Shown in pieces: positions 11,101 to 21,900 of a stretch of 64,000 nt of DNA. The stretch is from a virus. Location of the stretch: positions 1-64,000 of the IMG/VR virus record IMGVR_UViG_3300006752_000018; one strand, 5' to 3'. Under the pieces are notes generated by a model. It ran no database searches, had not been told where the DNA came from, and was given only the letters and a program-made list of their open reading frames with translations. Made by a program: the position numbers and the translations under genes. Position 1 is the stretch's first letter. Every line of letters begins with the position of its first letter.

Positions 11101-14100
11101 TATTTGGCGACAACAGTACTTTGCTTGTTGATGCAATCAACAACGTAGTAACAGCAGCTTTACAAGGCGACTTGACAGGTGATATACTTGCAACAGACGG
11201 AACAAGAATATTAGATAATGGCACTGACGGAACAGATGCAGTATATACAGGTAGTGTAGTTGGAGATGTAGAAGGTAATGCTGATACTGCAACTGCATTA
11301 GAAACTGCAAGAAACTTTAGTATGACTGGTGACGTTGTTGCAACTGCTGTAAGTTTTGACGGTACTGGAAATGTTATACTTAATGGCGTAATACAAGCTA
11401 ATAGTGTTACATTAGGTACCGATACAACTGGTGACTATGTTGAAGCATTAGTTGCAGGTACTGGTGTAACACTTACAAATAACAGTGGTGAAGGTGCTAC
11501 ACCTACTATTACAATTGGACAAGCAGTTGGCACTACAGACGATGTAGAATTTAACGATGTAACTGTAGCAGGTACATTATCAACAGATGATATTACAGCA
11601 GCTACAGTCACAGCAAGCGGTGATGTTATTATTAGTGGTGACTTAACAGTAAGTGGTACAACTACAACAGTTAACACAGAAGAAATTAAACTTGCTGATA
11701 ATTTAATCGAACTAAACAGTAATTTAGGAGCAGGCGTTGCTCCTACACAAGATGCAGGTTTACTTATTAACAGAGGCTCTGTTGTTGACGTACAAATACT
11801 TTGGAATGAAACTACAGACAAGTTTGAATTTAAAGATGCAGCAGGAATCCCTGTATATCAAACTGTAAAAGCAGCAACATTTGAAGGTGCAGTTACAGGC
11901 GATATTACTGGCGACTTAGTTGGTGATGTTTATGCAAACAACGGCACAAGCAAGATATTAGAAAATGGTACAGATGGTACTGATGCAGTATTTACAGGTA
12001 ATGTTACTGGCGACTTAACTGGTGATGTAACTGGTGATGTAACAGGCGATGTAACTGGTGATTTAACTGGTAAGGTTACTGCTACCGGAACAGGCGCAGA
12101 TAAAAGTACATTTGCAGAAGTTGACATTAATGGCGGTACAATTGACGGTGTTGCAATTAACGATTCTGCAATTGGTGCAACTACACCGAGCACTGGTGCA
12201 TTTACAACTATAGACGCAAGTGGCGATATTACCGGTGATACGGTTGGTGTACATACAGGTGCAGTAGTAGGTAATGTCGTAGGCAATTTAACAGGGGACG
12301 TTTACGCAAGTGACAGCACAAGTAAAGTACTTGAAAGCGGAACTGACGGAACAGATGCAGTATTTACAGGAGATGTAACTGGTGATTTAACAGGTAATGC
12401 AGATACTGCAACAGCCTTAGAAACAGCAAGGTCGTTTACTTTATCAGGTGATGTAACTTCAGATATTGTAAGTTTTGATGGATCAGGAAATGTTACACTT
12501 ACAACTACATTTAATCCAGGTAACTTAGTATTAGGAACAGATACAACTGGCGATTATGTAGAATCATTAGTTGCTGGAACAGGCGTAACTATAACTGATA
12601 ATTCAGGCGAAGGTGCTACACCAACAATTGAAATTGGTCAAGCAGTTGGTACAAGTGATAATGTTACATTTAACAACATCACAGCATCTGGTACTTTAAA
12701 TACTGATGATATTACAGCATCTACTGTTACAGCAAGCGGAAATGTTGTTATCACAGGTAACTTAACAGTAAATGGTAACACTACAACAATTAATAGTACA
12801 ACACTTGATGTAGACGATATTAACATTACTGTTGCTAAAGGAACAACAGATAGTTCAACAGCAAACGGTGCAGGGCTAACAATTGATTTAGGCTCTAACG
12901 GTGATGCTACAATGACCTGGAATCATGTAGGACAGCATTTAGCATTTAACAAGCCACTAAGTTTAGGTGCTAATCAATTATCCGGAGATATTGTTGGAGA
13001 TATTTTTGCTTCTAATGGTACAAGCAAGATACTAGAAAACGGCACTGATGGCACTGATGCAGTATTTACAGGTGATGTTACTGGTGATTTAACAGGTGAT
13101 GTAACTGGTGATGTAACTGGTAATGCTGCTACAGCATCAAAGTGGCAGACTGCTAGAACAGTTACTTTTGCAACAGGTGATGTAACTGGGTCATTTAGTA
13201 TTGACGGAAGTGCAGACGTATCAAATGTTGCACTTACTATAGGTGCAAATAGTGTTGCATTAGGTACTGACACAACTGGTGACTATGTTGAAGATATACA
13301 AGTAACAGCAAATCACCTTACAATAGTAGATACAGGCGGAGAAGGCAGTACACCTACATTAGGACTACCTGCTACAGGAGTTACAGCAGCTACATACGGT
13401 TCAAACGTTGCAGTTCCTGTGATAACAGTAGATGCACAAGGTCGTGTTACAACTGTTACAACACAGGCAATAGCAACTAGTTTTGATATTACTGATGGCT
13501 CTACAACTGATACAGTCGCAGGCGGTGAAACACTAACATTCACAGGTGGTACAGGACTTGCAAGCTCTGTTTCAAACAACGAAGTTACATTTAATCTTGA
13601 TGCACTAGGTGTTGATCCAAGCGGCACTTACGGTAGTGCAACTGCAATACCTGTTTTAACTGTAGATGTTTACGGCAGAGTAACAGGTGTATCAACAGCA
13701 GCACTTGTAGAAACTTTAGATATTACAGATGGTACAAATTCAACTGTCATTGATTTATTAACCGAAACACTAACAGTAGAAGGAACTGCTGACGAAGTAG
13801 CTGTAACAGTTAGCGATAATAAAATTTCTATTAGCTTACCTGATGACGTAACAATTGGAAATGATTTAACAGTTGCTAACGATATAGATATTTCTCGAGA
13901 TGCAACAGTAGGCCGTAACTTAATTGTTACTGGCAATATTACAGCAGGTGGCTCATTAACGTACGAAACAATAAATGGACAAAACGTTATTGCAAGCGGT
14001 ACAGTTAGTGCATCACTTTTCGAAACAGATCAAATACGCATAGATGATAATATTATCGAAACATATAATACAAACACTGATTTGGAACTACGTGCAGCAG

Positions 14101-17100
14101 GAACTGGTTCTGTAAGTGTAGTAGGTAGCGCATTTGAAACTAGTGCAAATGCTACAATTGGCGGTATATTAGAAGTAACAGGCGACAGTAATCTTACAAC
14201 CACTGATATTAATGGAACACTAACTGTTAGTGGTGTAACAACACTAAACGGTGATGTTGTACTTGGCGATGATGCTGCAAGCGATACAGTTAACTTCAGT
14301 AATGCAACACTGTTAGGTGATCTAGTACCAAACGCTGACAGTGCAATTGACCTAGGTAGCGCAACAAACTATTTTGCAAATGCTTATATAGATGATGTAA
14401 CAGTAAGTAATGACGTATTAATTACAGGAAACTTAACTGTTCAAGGTGCAACTACAACTATTGAATCAACTGTAACTACTACAGAAGATCCTGTGCTAAG
14501 AGTTGGTGTAAGTGGACTAAGTGCAAGCGATGGTAAAGACAGAGGAATTGAATTCCTATGGTGGGATAGCGCAGCAAGAACTGGATTCTTTGGTCTAGAC
14601 GAAGGAACTGGACGTTTTAGCTTTATTCCAAATGCAACTAACACTTCAGAAGTATTTACAGGTACCTTAGGCGATGCACAATTTAACAGAGTGTATGCTG
14701 CTGTAACTGGAAACATAACAGGACAAGTAAGTGACATTAGTAACTTTGACACTGATGATTTATCAGAAGGTTCAACTAATCAATATTTTACACAAGCTAG
14801 AGCAAGGACTAGTATTAGTGCTACAGATGCAGGCGGCTTCGGTTCATTTGCATATGATAATTCAACTGGTGCACTTACGTACACAGGTCCAAGTGCAGCA
14901 GACATTAGGGGCAACTTTAGTGCTGGTGGTGATTTAACATATACAGAAGCAACAGGCTTGTTTAGTGTAACTACATATAAAACAGCAGATTTTTTAACTG
15001 ATTTTGGTAATCAAGACACTGATGATTTATCAGAAGGTTCAACAAATTTATACTTTACTAATCTACGTGCATCAAGTGCAATTAGTTTAACCGACACAGG
15101 TGGCATTGGTAGTATGACCTATGATAGCGCAACAGGTGTTATTACATACAACGGCGCAACTGATGCAGAAGTAAGAGGTAAAATTAGTGCAAGTGGTGAC
15201 CTAAGCTATGATAATAGTACAGGTGTTATGTCATTTACAGAGCGTACTGATGCAGAAGTTCGTGGCTTAATTAGTGCAGCAGATCCTATTACGTATAACA
15301 GTTCAACAGGCGAAATTGGATTTGATAACACAAATGCACAATACATTAGTTTAAATGATTTAAGTGCAGGCACTGGTGTTACTATTGCTAATGGCGAAAT
15401 TAGTATTGGCCAGGCAGTTGGTACAACTGATAACGTAACGTTTAACAATGTAACAGTTAGTGGACAATTAGCTACTGATGATATTACAGCAGCTACAGTA
15501 ACAGCAAGCGGCAATGTAATAATAAGCGGTGATTTGACCGTTAGCGGCACAACAACAACACTTAACACTAGCGAATTAGCTGTAGAAGATATTAACATTA
15601 CAATAGCAAATGGCGCTGCTGATGCAGCAGCGGCAAACGGTGCAGGATTAACAGTAGATGGTGCAAGTGCAACATTAACATATACAAATGCAGACGATCG
15701 TTGGAATCTAAACAAAGACTTAAATGTTGCTAACGTATATGGTGATCTAACAGGTGACGTTACCGGAACAGTAAGTGATATAAGCAATCATAGTACAACT
15801 GACCTAAGTGAAGGTACAAACTTATATTATACAGATGTAAGAGTACGTGCAGCAGTAAGCGCAGGTGGTGACTTAGCATTTGATGACAGTACTGGTGTGT
15901 TTAGTGTTACAACATATAAAACAGCCGACTTTACAACTGACTTAGCAGCAGCAAGTGTTGATGGAATAAGTGATGTTGACATATCCAACATACAACCTGG
16001 ACAATACTTACGCTATGGCGGATCATTTGGTGACACTTCTTATGCAGATACTTTAATTTTAATTCCTGCAAACGGTTCTGAAGATGCTACTACATTCTTA
16101 GATGAAAGTACAATAAGCGGTGCAATTACTGCAAACGGCGATGCAAAAATTACACAAACTGTTAAAAAGTTTGGTACTGGTAGTTATTTAGGAAACGGCA
16201 CTGATTCATATTTAAGTGCAACACGTACAGCAATTGGTAGCGGTGACTTTACTATTGATTTTTGGATATATCATGACAGTAGTGTTTCAGGATACATTTA
16301 TTCAGCAGATGATGCAACAGTATTTCAAATTAGTGGCTCTTTAGGTGTTACTGATAGCACAGGAAACATTTTAACTGCTACGTCATTAACACCAAACACT
16401 TGGTATTATGTAAGTTTTACTAGAACTGATGGAACACTTTATAGACACATAAACGGTACGCTAAGTGCAAGTGCAGCGTATACAAGAGACTTAACTGCTA
16501 CTGATTGGAATATAGGCGGTAATCCAGCTAGTGCTAACGGCTCAGAAGGTTATGTAAATGGTAATATTGACGACTTTAGAATTACTACATCTGCACGTTA
16601 CGGCAGTGGAAACTTTGTAACACCAGAAAGAGCAGCATATACATTTGCAGGTTCAATAGGCACAGCATTTGAAAATGTTACGCCAGAAATTAACGACTTA
16701 GTTGATATTGACACAACAGGCGTTCTTAATGGTGAAACATTAATTTATGATTCAGCATCTGATACATTTAAACCTGGTACTTCTATATCAATTGCAAGTG
16801 TAACTAATGACCTATTAGTTGACGGTACACTTACTATAAATGGTACAATATTTGGTTCAAATACTATTGAATTAGATGACATTACAATTAGCGGAAATCA
16901 AATTAGAACAACTGCTTCTAATGCAGATTTAGAATTAAGTGTTGCAGGTACAGGTGCAATTGAATTACTTGACAGCACAAATATTACAGGTGATGCTACA
17001 GTAAGCGGTACTATTGATATAGACGGACTAGCAACACTAGCTGAAGCAACCGTTGAAGATTTAACAATAAATCAAATTGTTGTGCCAGCAGCAGGTGGCA

Positions 17101-18884
17101 GATTAAGCGGAAGTTCAAACTTAACATATGACGGTACAACTTTTGTAGTTGGTGCAAATAAACTAACAGTAGCATCTGGAAGCGGAGATACAGCAATTGC
17201 AGGAACACTAGGTGTTACAGGAGAATCAACACTTGCTAGTGCAATAGTAAGCGATCTAACAGAAGGTCGTGTTATGTTTGTTGGTGCAAATGGTGCATTA
17301 GTTGATGCTGCTGGGTTTACATTTGATGGCACAACACTTACTGTTCCGCAAATGGCGTCATCATCTGGATCTAGTTTTCCAAGTTTAGCTGTTGGAGATC
17401 TTACAGACAACCGTATTATTATTGCTGGTACTAATGGTGAATTAGAGGATAGCGCACAACTAACTTTTGACAGTTCATTGTTAACAGTAGATGCAGCAGC
17501 TACAATAACTGGCAATTTACAAGTTAATGGAAATGTAGACTTAGGACTTACAACTTCACAAACAATTACATTTGGCGGCAGAGTTGATAGTGATTTTGTT
17601 CCTAGTGCTACAAACACTTATGACTTAGGCACTGACGATTACCGTTGGAATGATCTTTACCTTAATGGAAGTTCAATTCACTTAGGAAATGCAACATTAA
17701 GTGTTAACGAAAATGGATTACAAGTATCTATGTTTGGCGACAGTGCATTAATGGATTTGTATAATGATACTACATATTCAAATAGAGTTGATGTTGGCGA
17801 TATATTAATTGATACTAATGTAATACAAACAACTGTAAGTAATACTGATCTTGAAATAAGAACAAATGGCAGCGGTACAATTGAATTACAAGATTCAACA
17901 AATGTTACTGGTGCTTTAGATGTAAGCACAACTTTAAATGTACAAGGGGCAACTACTCTAGCAACAGCAAAAATAAGTGATCTAACTGATGGTAGAGTTT
18001 TACTAGCTGGCACAGACGGAGAAGTAGAAGACAATGCAAACTTAACATTTACTTCGGATACACTTGCTGTTACTGGTGATGCTACAGTTAGTGGTACTAT
18101 TAATGTTGACAGTGTTGCAACAGTAGCAGGATCAGTAGTAGAAGATCTAACAGAGCATAGAGTACCAGTGGCTGGTACAGGTGGTAGATTAATTGACTCT
18201 GCAAACTTTACATTTTCTAGCGATACACTAGGGTTAAATGGAACATTAAATGTTACAGGTCAAGCAGACATTGATGATATTACTATTAACGGAACTACAA
18301 TTGGCACTACTACAGGAGGATTAACAATTGATCCTGATACAGCTGGTGTTGGCGGTACAGTTACTATAGCTGGTAATTTAACTGTTCAAGGTACAACGAC
18401 AACAGTAGATAGTACAACAGTTACTATTGATGATCCTGTGTTTACATTAGGCGGTGATACAGCACCTGCAGTAAATGATTCAAAGGACAAAGGTATAGAA
18501 TTCCGTTGGCACAATGGAACAGATGCAAAAGTTGGGTTCTTTGGGTACGATGAATCAACAGGGCGATTTACATTTAAGCCAGACTCAACTAACTCAAGTG
18601 AAATATTCAGCGGTAATGCTGGCGATGCAGAGTTTAACGATTTATATGTACAAGACTTAACTGTTAACAGCATTGTTACAAGCGGTGACCTAGCAGTTGA
18701 ACATGGTGGTACAGGTGTAAGCACACTAACATCAAAAGGTATTCTATATGGTAATGGCGCAGGGGACGTTCAAGTTACAGCAGCAGCAGGAGATGCAGAT
18801 GCATCAACAAGTAATCAAATACTTACAACTGACGGTAGCGGAGTTCCAGTTTGGACAGATACAATTGACGAAGGCACTTTCTAA
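8157..18884 (+). CDS. Giant tail fibre protein (3575 aa) with GDVT shaft repeats, TARxIxLxGDVxG repeats and an inserted LamG/ConA-like domain
   Basis: Long ORF made of T/G/D/V-rich repeats shared with the flanking fibre genes. LamG-type motifs DFTIDFWIY, WYYVSFTR and GNIDDFRIT lie at about 16018-16660. Confidence 0.85.
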   Translation: MAISDIQKIDYLWKKIGYGVSKSDVESNKGATNEAIASPLLIRSDKIWGDSAEIPNVIPATSASPVTVYIGANAVECTEDGTASARRTWLTGSTDWIPTEFGATYNVKVYADSPSAADPTSTGTQLFAVGAGDNDEWFFDYQAGTVHFIGTNLPSVLTASKVIYVVGAVYSGAFGPSSSGGTQFGGVIIGGGDGGTEITTPPGEDLDVGAGGSGDTNIGSGGGSTNIGDNVTIDPNGNLLLDQIAINGNRIETFNSNANLELVAVGTGIVDVLSDMTVTGLTVSDLDNEGIVIASANGELTTSSDVTWNGTTLEVDGSVTAESFISDGTGTPTLESATNIVFDAGNAVIAEINSTEVARFVSTGLEITQGGITTPTLTVSGNTELGDANSDTITLNAQFASDLIPAGSNTKNIGSSNAYWAEGYITTLEGTDATFTTFTGDLVGNADTATVLTTARNITLQGDVTGTASFDGSANAILTTTIELDSIVLGDDTTGNYVETIADDGNGTLVLSGSGLESAAVTIGLNTTSVSVGTYGSATAIPSFTVDNYGRLTAASEINVATELNITDGTNNDTVSLLTDTLTFEGTALETEVVVSNNKVTVGLPSTVEITTNLTVGNDLFVDGNLTVSGSTTTVDTTVMTLEDPVIRLGVSSLSANDGKDRGNEFLWHNGAAAKRGFFGFDNGTGKFTFIPDAVNTSEVFTGNAGDALFGTVTADLIGDVTGNVTGNVTGTAGSWGTARTITLGGDLEGSVAIDGSANVTLTATVGENAVLLGTDTTGNYAEDITVSGVGLSVAQVAGEAVQYEIVSNATDANTASTIVARDASGDFTAGTITADLVGNADSATEVTITANPTANENVYLVFADSSATGTNGLEVDNGLSYNPAGGIITSTSFAGNLIGDVKSTGGQTVLDSGNDGTNAFFKGDIKATGGTTVLNSGTNGNDATFAGDVTGDLTGDVVGNVVGDLTGDTTGYHLGDVQGSVFGDNSTLLVDAINNVVTAALQGDLTGDILATDGTRILDNGTDGTDAVYTGSVVGDVEGNADTATALETARNFSMTGDVVATAVSFDGTGNVILNGVIQANSVTLGTDTTGDYVEALVAGTGVTLTNNSGEGATPTITIGQAVGTTDDVEFNDVTVAGTLSTDDITAATVTASGDVIISGDLTVSGTTTTVNTEEIKLADNLIELNSNLGAGVAPTQDAGLLINRGSVVDVQILWNETTDKFEFKDAAGIPVYQTVKAATFEGAVTGDITGDLVGDVYANNGTSKILENGTDGTDAVFTGNVTGDLTGDVTGDVTGDVTGDLTGKVTATGTGADKSTFAEVDINGGTIDGVAINDSAIGATTPSTGAFTTIDASGDITGDTVGVHTGAVVGNVVGNLTGDVYASDSTSKVLESGTDGTDAVFTGDVTGDLTGNADTATALETARSFTLSGDVTSDIVSFDGSGNVTLTTTFNPGNLVLGTDTTGDYVESLVAGTGVTITDNSGEGATPTIEIGQAVGTSDNVTFNNITASGTLNTDDITASTVTASGNVVITGNLTVNGNTTTINSTTLDVDDINITVAKGTTDSSTANGAGLTIDLGSNGDATMTWNHVGQHLAFNKPLSLGANQLSGDIVGDIFASNGTSKILENGTDGTDAVFTGDVTGDLTGDVTGDVTGNAATASKWQTARTVTFATGDVTGSFSIDGSADVSNVALTIGANSVALGTDTTGDYVEDIQVTANHLTIVDTGGEGSTPTLGLPATGVTAATYGSNVAVPVITVDAQGRVTTVTTQAIATSFDITDGSTTDTVAGGETLTFTGGTGLASSVSNNEVTFNLDALGVDPSGTYGSATAIPVLTVDVYGRVTGVSTAALVETLDITDGTNSTVIDLLTETLTVEGTADEVAVTVSDNKISISLPDDVTIGNDLTVANDIDISRDATVGRNLIVTGNITAGGSLTYETINGQNVIASGTVSASLFETDQIRIDDNIIETYNTNTDLELRAAGTGSVSVVGSAFETSANATIGGILEVTGDSNLTTTDINGTLTVSGVTTLNGDVVLGDDAASDTVNFSNATLLGDLVPNADSAIDLGSATNYFANAYIDDVTVSNDVLITGNLTVQGATTTIESTVTTTEDPVLRVGVSGLSASDGKDRGIEFLWWDSAARTGFFGLDEGTGRFSFIPNATNTSEVFTGTLGDAQFNRVYAAVTGNITGQVSDISNFDTDDLSEGSTNQYFTQARARTSISATDAGGFGSFAYDNSTGALTYTGPSAADIRGNFSAGGDLTYTEATGLFSVTTYKTADFLTDFGNQDTDDLSEGSTNLYFTNLRASSAISLTDTGGIGSMTYDSATGVITYNGATDAEVRGKISASGDLSYDNSTGVMSFTERTDAEVRGLISAADPITYNSSTGEIGFDNTNAQYISLNDLSAGTGVTIANGEISIGQAVGTTDNVTFNNVTVSGQLATDDITAATVTASGNVIISGDLTVSGTTTTLNTSELAVEDINITIANGAADAAAANGAGLTVDGASATLTYTNADDRWNLNKDLNVANVYGDLTGDVTGTVSDISNHSTTDLSEGTNLYYTDVRVRAAVSAGGDLAFDDSTGVFSVTTYKTADFTTDLAAASVDGISDVDISNIQPGQYLRYGGSFGDTSYADTLILIPANGSEDATTFLDESTISGAITANGDAKITQTVKKFGTGSYLGNGTDSYLSATRTAIGSGDFTIDFWIYHDSSVSGYIYSADDATVFQISGSLGVTDSTGNILTATSLTPNTWYYVSFTRTDGTLYRHINGTLSASAAYTRDLTATDWNIGGNPASANGSEGYVNGNIDDFRITTSARYGSGNFVTPERAAYTFAGSIGTAFENVTPEINDLVDIDTTGVLNGETLIYDSASDTFKPGTSISIASVTNDLLVDGTLTINGTIFGSNTIELDDITISGNQIRTTASNADLELSVAGTGAIELLDSTNITGDATVSGTIDIDGLATLAEATVEDLTINQIVVPAAGGRLSGSSNLTYDGTTFVVGANKLTVASGSGDTAIAGTLGVTGESTLASAIVSDLTEGRVMFVGANGALVDAAGFTFDGTTLTVPQMASSSGSSFPSLAVGDLTDNRIIIAGTNGELEDSAQLTFDSSLLTVDAAATITGNLQVNGNVDLGLTTSQTITFGGRVDSDFVPSATNTYDLGTDDYRWNDLYLNGSSIHLGNATLSVNENGLQVSMFGDSALMDLYNDTTYSNRVDVGDILIDTNVIQTTVSNTDLEIRTNGSGTIELQDSTNVTGALDVSTTLNVQGATTLATAKISDLTDGRVLLAGTDGEVEDNANLTFTSDTLAVTGDATVSGTINVDSVATVAGSVVEDLTEHRVPVAGTGGRLIDSANFTFSSDTLGLNGTLNVTGQADIDDITINGTTIGTTTGGLTIDPDTAGVGGTVTIAGNLTVQGTTTTVDSTTVTIDDPVFTLGGDTAPAVNDSKDKGIEFRWHNGTDAKVGFFGYDESTGRFTFKPDSTNSSEIFSGNAGDAEFNDLYVQDLTVNSIVTSGDLAVEHGGTGVSTLTSKGILYGNGAGDVQVTAAAGDADASTSNQILTTDGSGVPVWTDTIDEGTF
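11997..12080 (+). repeat. 7 x 12-bp coding tandem repeat (G-[DNK]-[VL]-T)
   Basis: ggtaatgttact ggcgacttaact ggtgatgtaact ggtgatgtaaca ggcgatgtaact ggtgatttaact ggtaaggttact. Confidence 0.9.
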
Positions 18885-18890
18885 ATGCGG

Positions 18891-18896
18891 TAAATA
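18891..18896 (+). promoter_or_regulatory. T4-like late promoter core TAAATA
   Basis: GGTAAATAC in the 18885-18958 intergenic gap; the same core recurs in the other gaps. Confidence 0.7.
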
Positions 18897-18958
18897 CAAT
18901 AACAACTTTTGACCACCGGGCGTCTTAGGACCTGACCCATACTATATAGGATTGAAAA

Positions 18959-21900
18959 ATGGCAAGTAAGATTAAACACCTCCGCTCTAGTGTTGCAGGT
19001 AGAGCGCCAACAGCAGGACAAATGGACGAAGGGCAACTAGCTCTTAATACTGCTGATGGTAAATTGTTTATGAAAAAATCTGACAGTTCAGTTAGAGAAA
19101 TTACAAAACAAATACACGACGGCGATACTAGCGTAAGTATTGATGAAAGCGGTGCAAATGGTAAAATTGTACTAGAAGCTGATGGATCAAATGTTGCTGA
19201 GGTTGCAGCAGCAGCTATGAACATTAAAGTTCCGGTTGTTATCGAAGATAATGATTCTATAACAATTAGAGAATCTAGCGCAAATGGTACTAACGGTGTT
19301 GTAATCAAAGTACCCGAAAGTATTACTAGCACGTATGATTTTAAACTTCCTCCTACAGCAGGTTCACCTGGCCAGATTATTACTACAGACGGATCAGGAA
19401 CATTAAGTTTTGAGAATCCTGGTATTACGTCAAATATGATTTATGTTGATAGTATTGTAGGCAGTGATAGTAATGATGGATTTATAAAACCCTTAGCAAG
19501 CATTAAAAAAGCATGTGAAATTGCTAGTGAAAATGTGTATGTGCCAAAGGTTGCAGTCACTGACACAAAAAATGATGTAATTCAACTTTTAACGTTAAAC
19601 AAAACATTTATACAAAAAGAAGTTATTGCTTATATTGCATATCAAGTTGCAAATGCAGGTGGTATATGGAACGGATTTACATATGATAGTGCTACATGCG
19701 AAAGAGATGTAGGTTATATTGTTGATGCTGTAATTTACGATTTGAAGTTTGGCGGTAATAGTAAGTCAATTGAAGCTGGTAAAAAATATTATTTAGGTAC
19801 AACATCTACACAAGAAGTAATCGATAACCAAAAACCGCAGACTGTTGCTGCATTAGAATATGCCAAACATATTTCAGGCGATATTATTAGAAATATTGCA
19901 TTAACAGATGATCAAGACGGTAATACAAATGCACCATTTCAATCTGCTGTTACACAAACTACAGATAATTCCTACGATGATGGGAGTAGTTCAAAAACTG
20001 CACATGACGATCTATGGGATGAAACAATTACTATCTTAGATTTAGGTATAGCACAAGCAAGTACGTTAGTATACGGAACATTTAATATAAATCTTATATC
20101 TATCAAAATAGGTACAGGTGAATATTTAGAAGATAATCCAATTATTGTACCAGATAATATTTCTATAATGGGCGATGCATTGCGCTCAGTTATTATACGT
20201 CCTCAAAATGTTCAAAAAGATATTTTCCGTATTCGTAATGCTGCGTATATGAGCGGATTTACATTTAGAGATAAACTAGATGCAAACGGAATACCTACAG
20301 GAACATATAATTTTGCTGTAGCATTTGATGACCCAGACGACCATGGCGTAAGTAGACATTCGTATCCGGGACTACCTGTGCAAAAAACAATAATTACAGC
20401 TTCGCCTTATGTCCAAAACTGTTCGATCATTAGTTTTTTAGGAGGTAACGGTTGTAATGTAGATGGATCAAAAGTGTTCCAGCCAAATACTCCTACGAAT
20501 CAAATAGAAGCAGAAAATCCTGTAGCAGGCGCTGCGCCTGTACAAAATCCAAGTATAGTTGGTAATGCATTTACAATTTTATCTTTTGGAGGTACAGGAT
20601 ATAGAGTTTCAAATAATGCATATTCACAGATTGTTAGTTGCTTTCAAATCTTTTGTAAAAATGGATCTTATGCACAAAGCGGCGGATACCTGTCAATTAC
20701 AAACTCTGCAACAAACTTTGGCACTTACGCACTAAGAGCAAGTGGCTTTAGGAACGAAGCATTTGAATTTGACAGAGGAATAATAGCAACAAATGGTGTT
20801 GACGGAGTATTTCAAACATTTGATTTAATAGGATTTGACAGAGCAGTAACAGAACACTATATTACAAGATTTGTAAACAGTAACGGAGACGATGTTACTG
20901 ATGATTACAAAACAAGCACTACAACAAAGACGTTTAGTGCAAATAGCTCTACAGTAGACACAGTTAATAATAAATTTGTTATTACTGCACATGGGTTTTC
21001 TAACGGAGATAGATTAAGATATGATTCTAATGGTAATCCAGATATATTTGGCATTTACGACGAAACTTATTATTATGTTAGTCTAATTAACGCAAATGAA
21101 TTCCAATTGTACGAAGATCAAGAATTAGAAAGTTTAGCAACTCTTGGAACAACATCATCTGGAACACATAAATTTATTTCAGGCGATGAAGAATTCTTTG
21201 TTAACGAAATAAAAAATGCTCATACAATATATCAGACTATTGTATTAGCAGCAGGATCGTATAACTTTAGTGTAGGACAAGAAATTACAGGTACAGTTTC
21301 TGGTAATACAAACAATGCATACGTTTACAGCTGGGATACTAATACTAATACATTAGTTGTAAGTATAAATCAGGTAGTTGTTTCCGGTGTTACAAGTTAT
21401 GTTAAATTTACAGCGAGCAGCACAATTGATGTTGATGCAGATGGTAATACAAACATTGCAATTTCTAGTATTGCTGATAAAACAAATTTACACAGTGCTA
21501 AAATATTAGTACGTTCTACTCTATCTGGAGGCTCGATAAATAATATTGCGCTGTTACCAGGATTTCAATGTTTTTTACATCGTCCTAGTATTGTAAACTC
21601 CTCTGCACATACATGGGAATATGCTGGATCTGGTACAGACTATAATGCAATGCCAATTAATGGCGGGCAAGGAATACCTGATTACGAGCAATATCAAGAC
21701 TTACCAGGGCGTGTTTATACATCGGGTACAACTGAATTAGGTGATTTTAAAGTTGGTAAATTTATTACTGCCCAAAATAGAACTGGTAATGTTACATTTA
21801 CAAACAAAGTGTCTATTGCACAGCTAGATAGTTTACAACTGAGCTTATCAGATGTTACCATTGAAGCAATTTCAACAGATGTTACTCTAGGTGACAACGA

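Noticed and set aside
19571-20047. Inserts interpreted as inteins or introns
   Set aside because: There are no Cys/Ser-start and His-Asn-end splice motifs and no homing endonuclease motifs, and the reading frames are uninterrupted.
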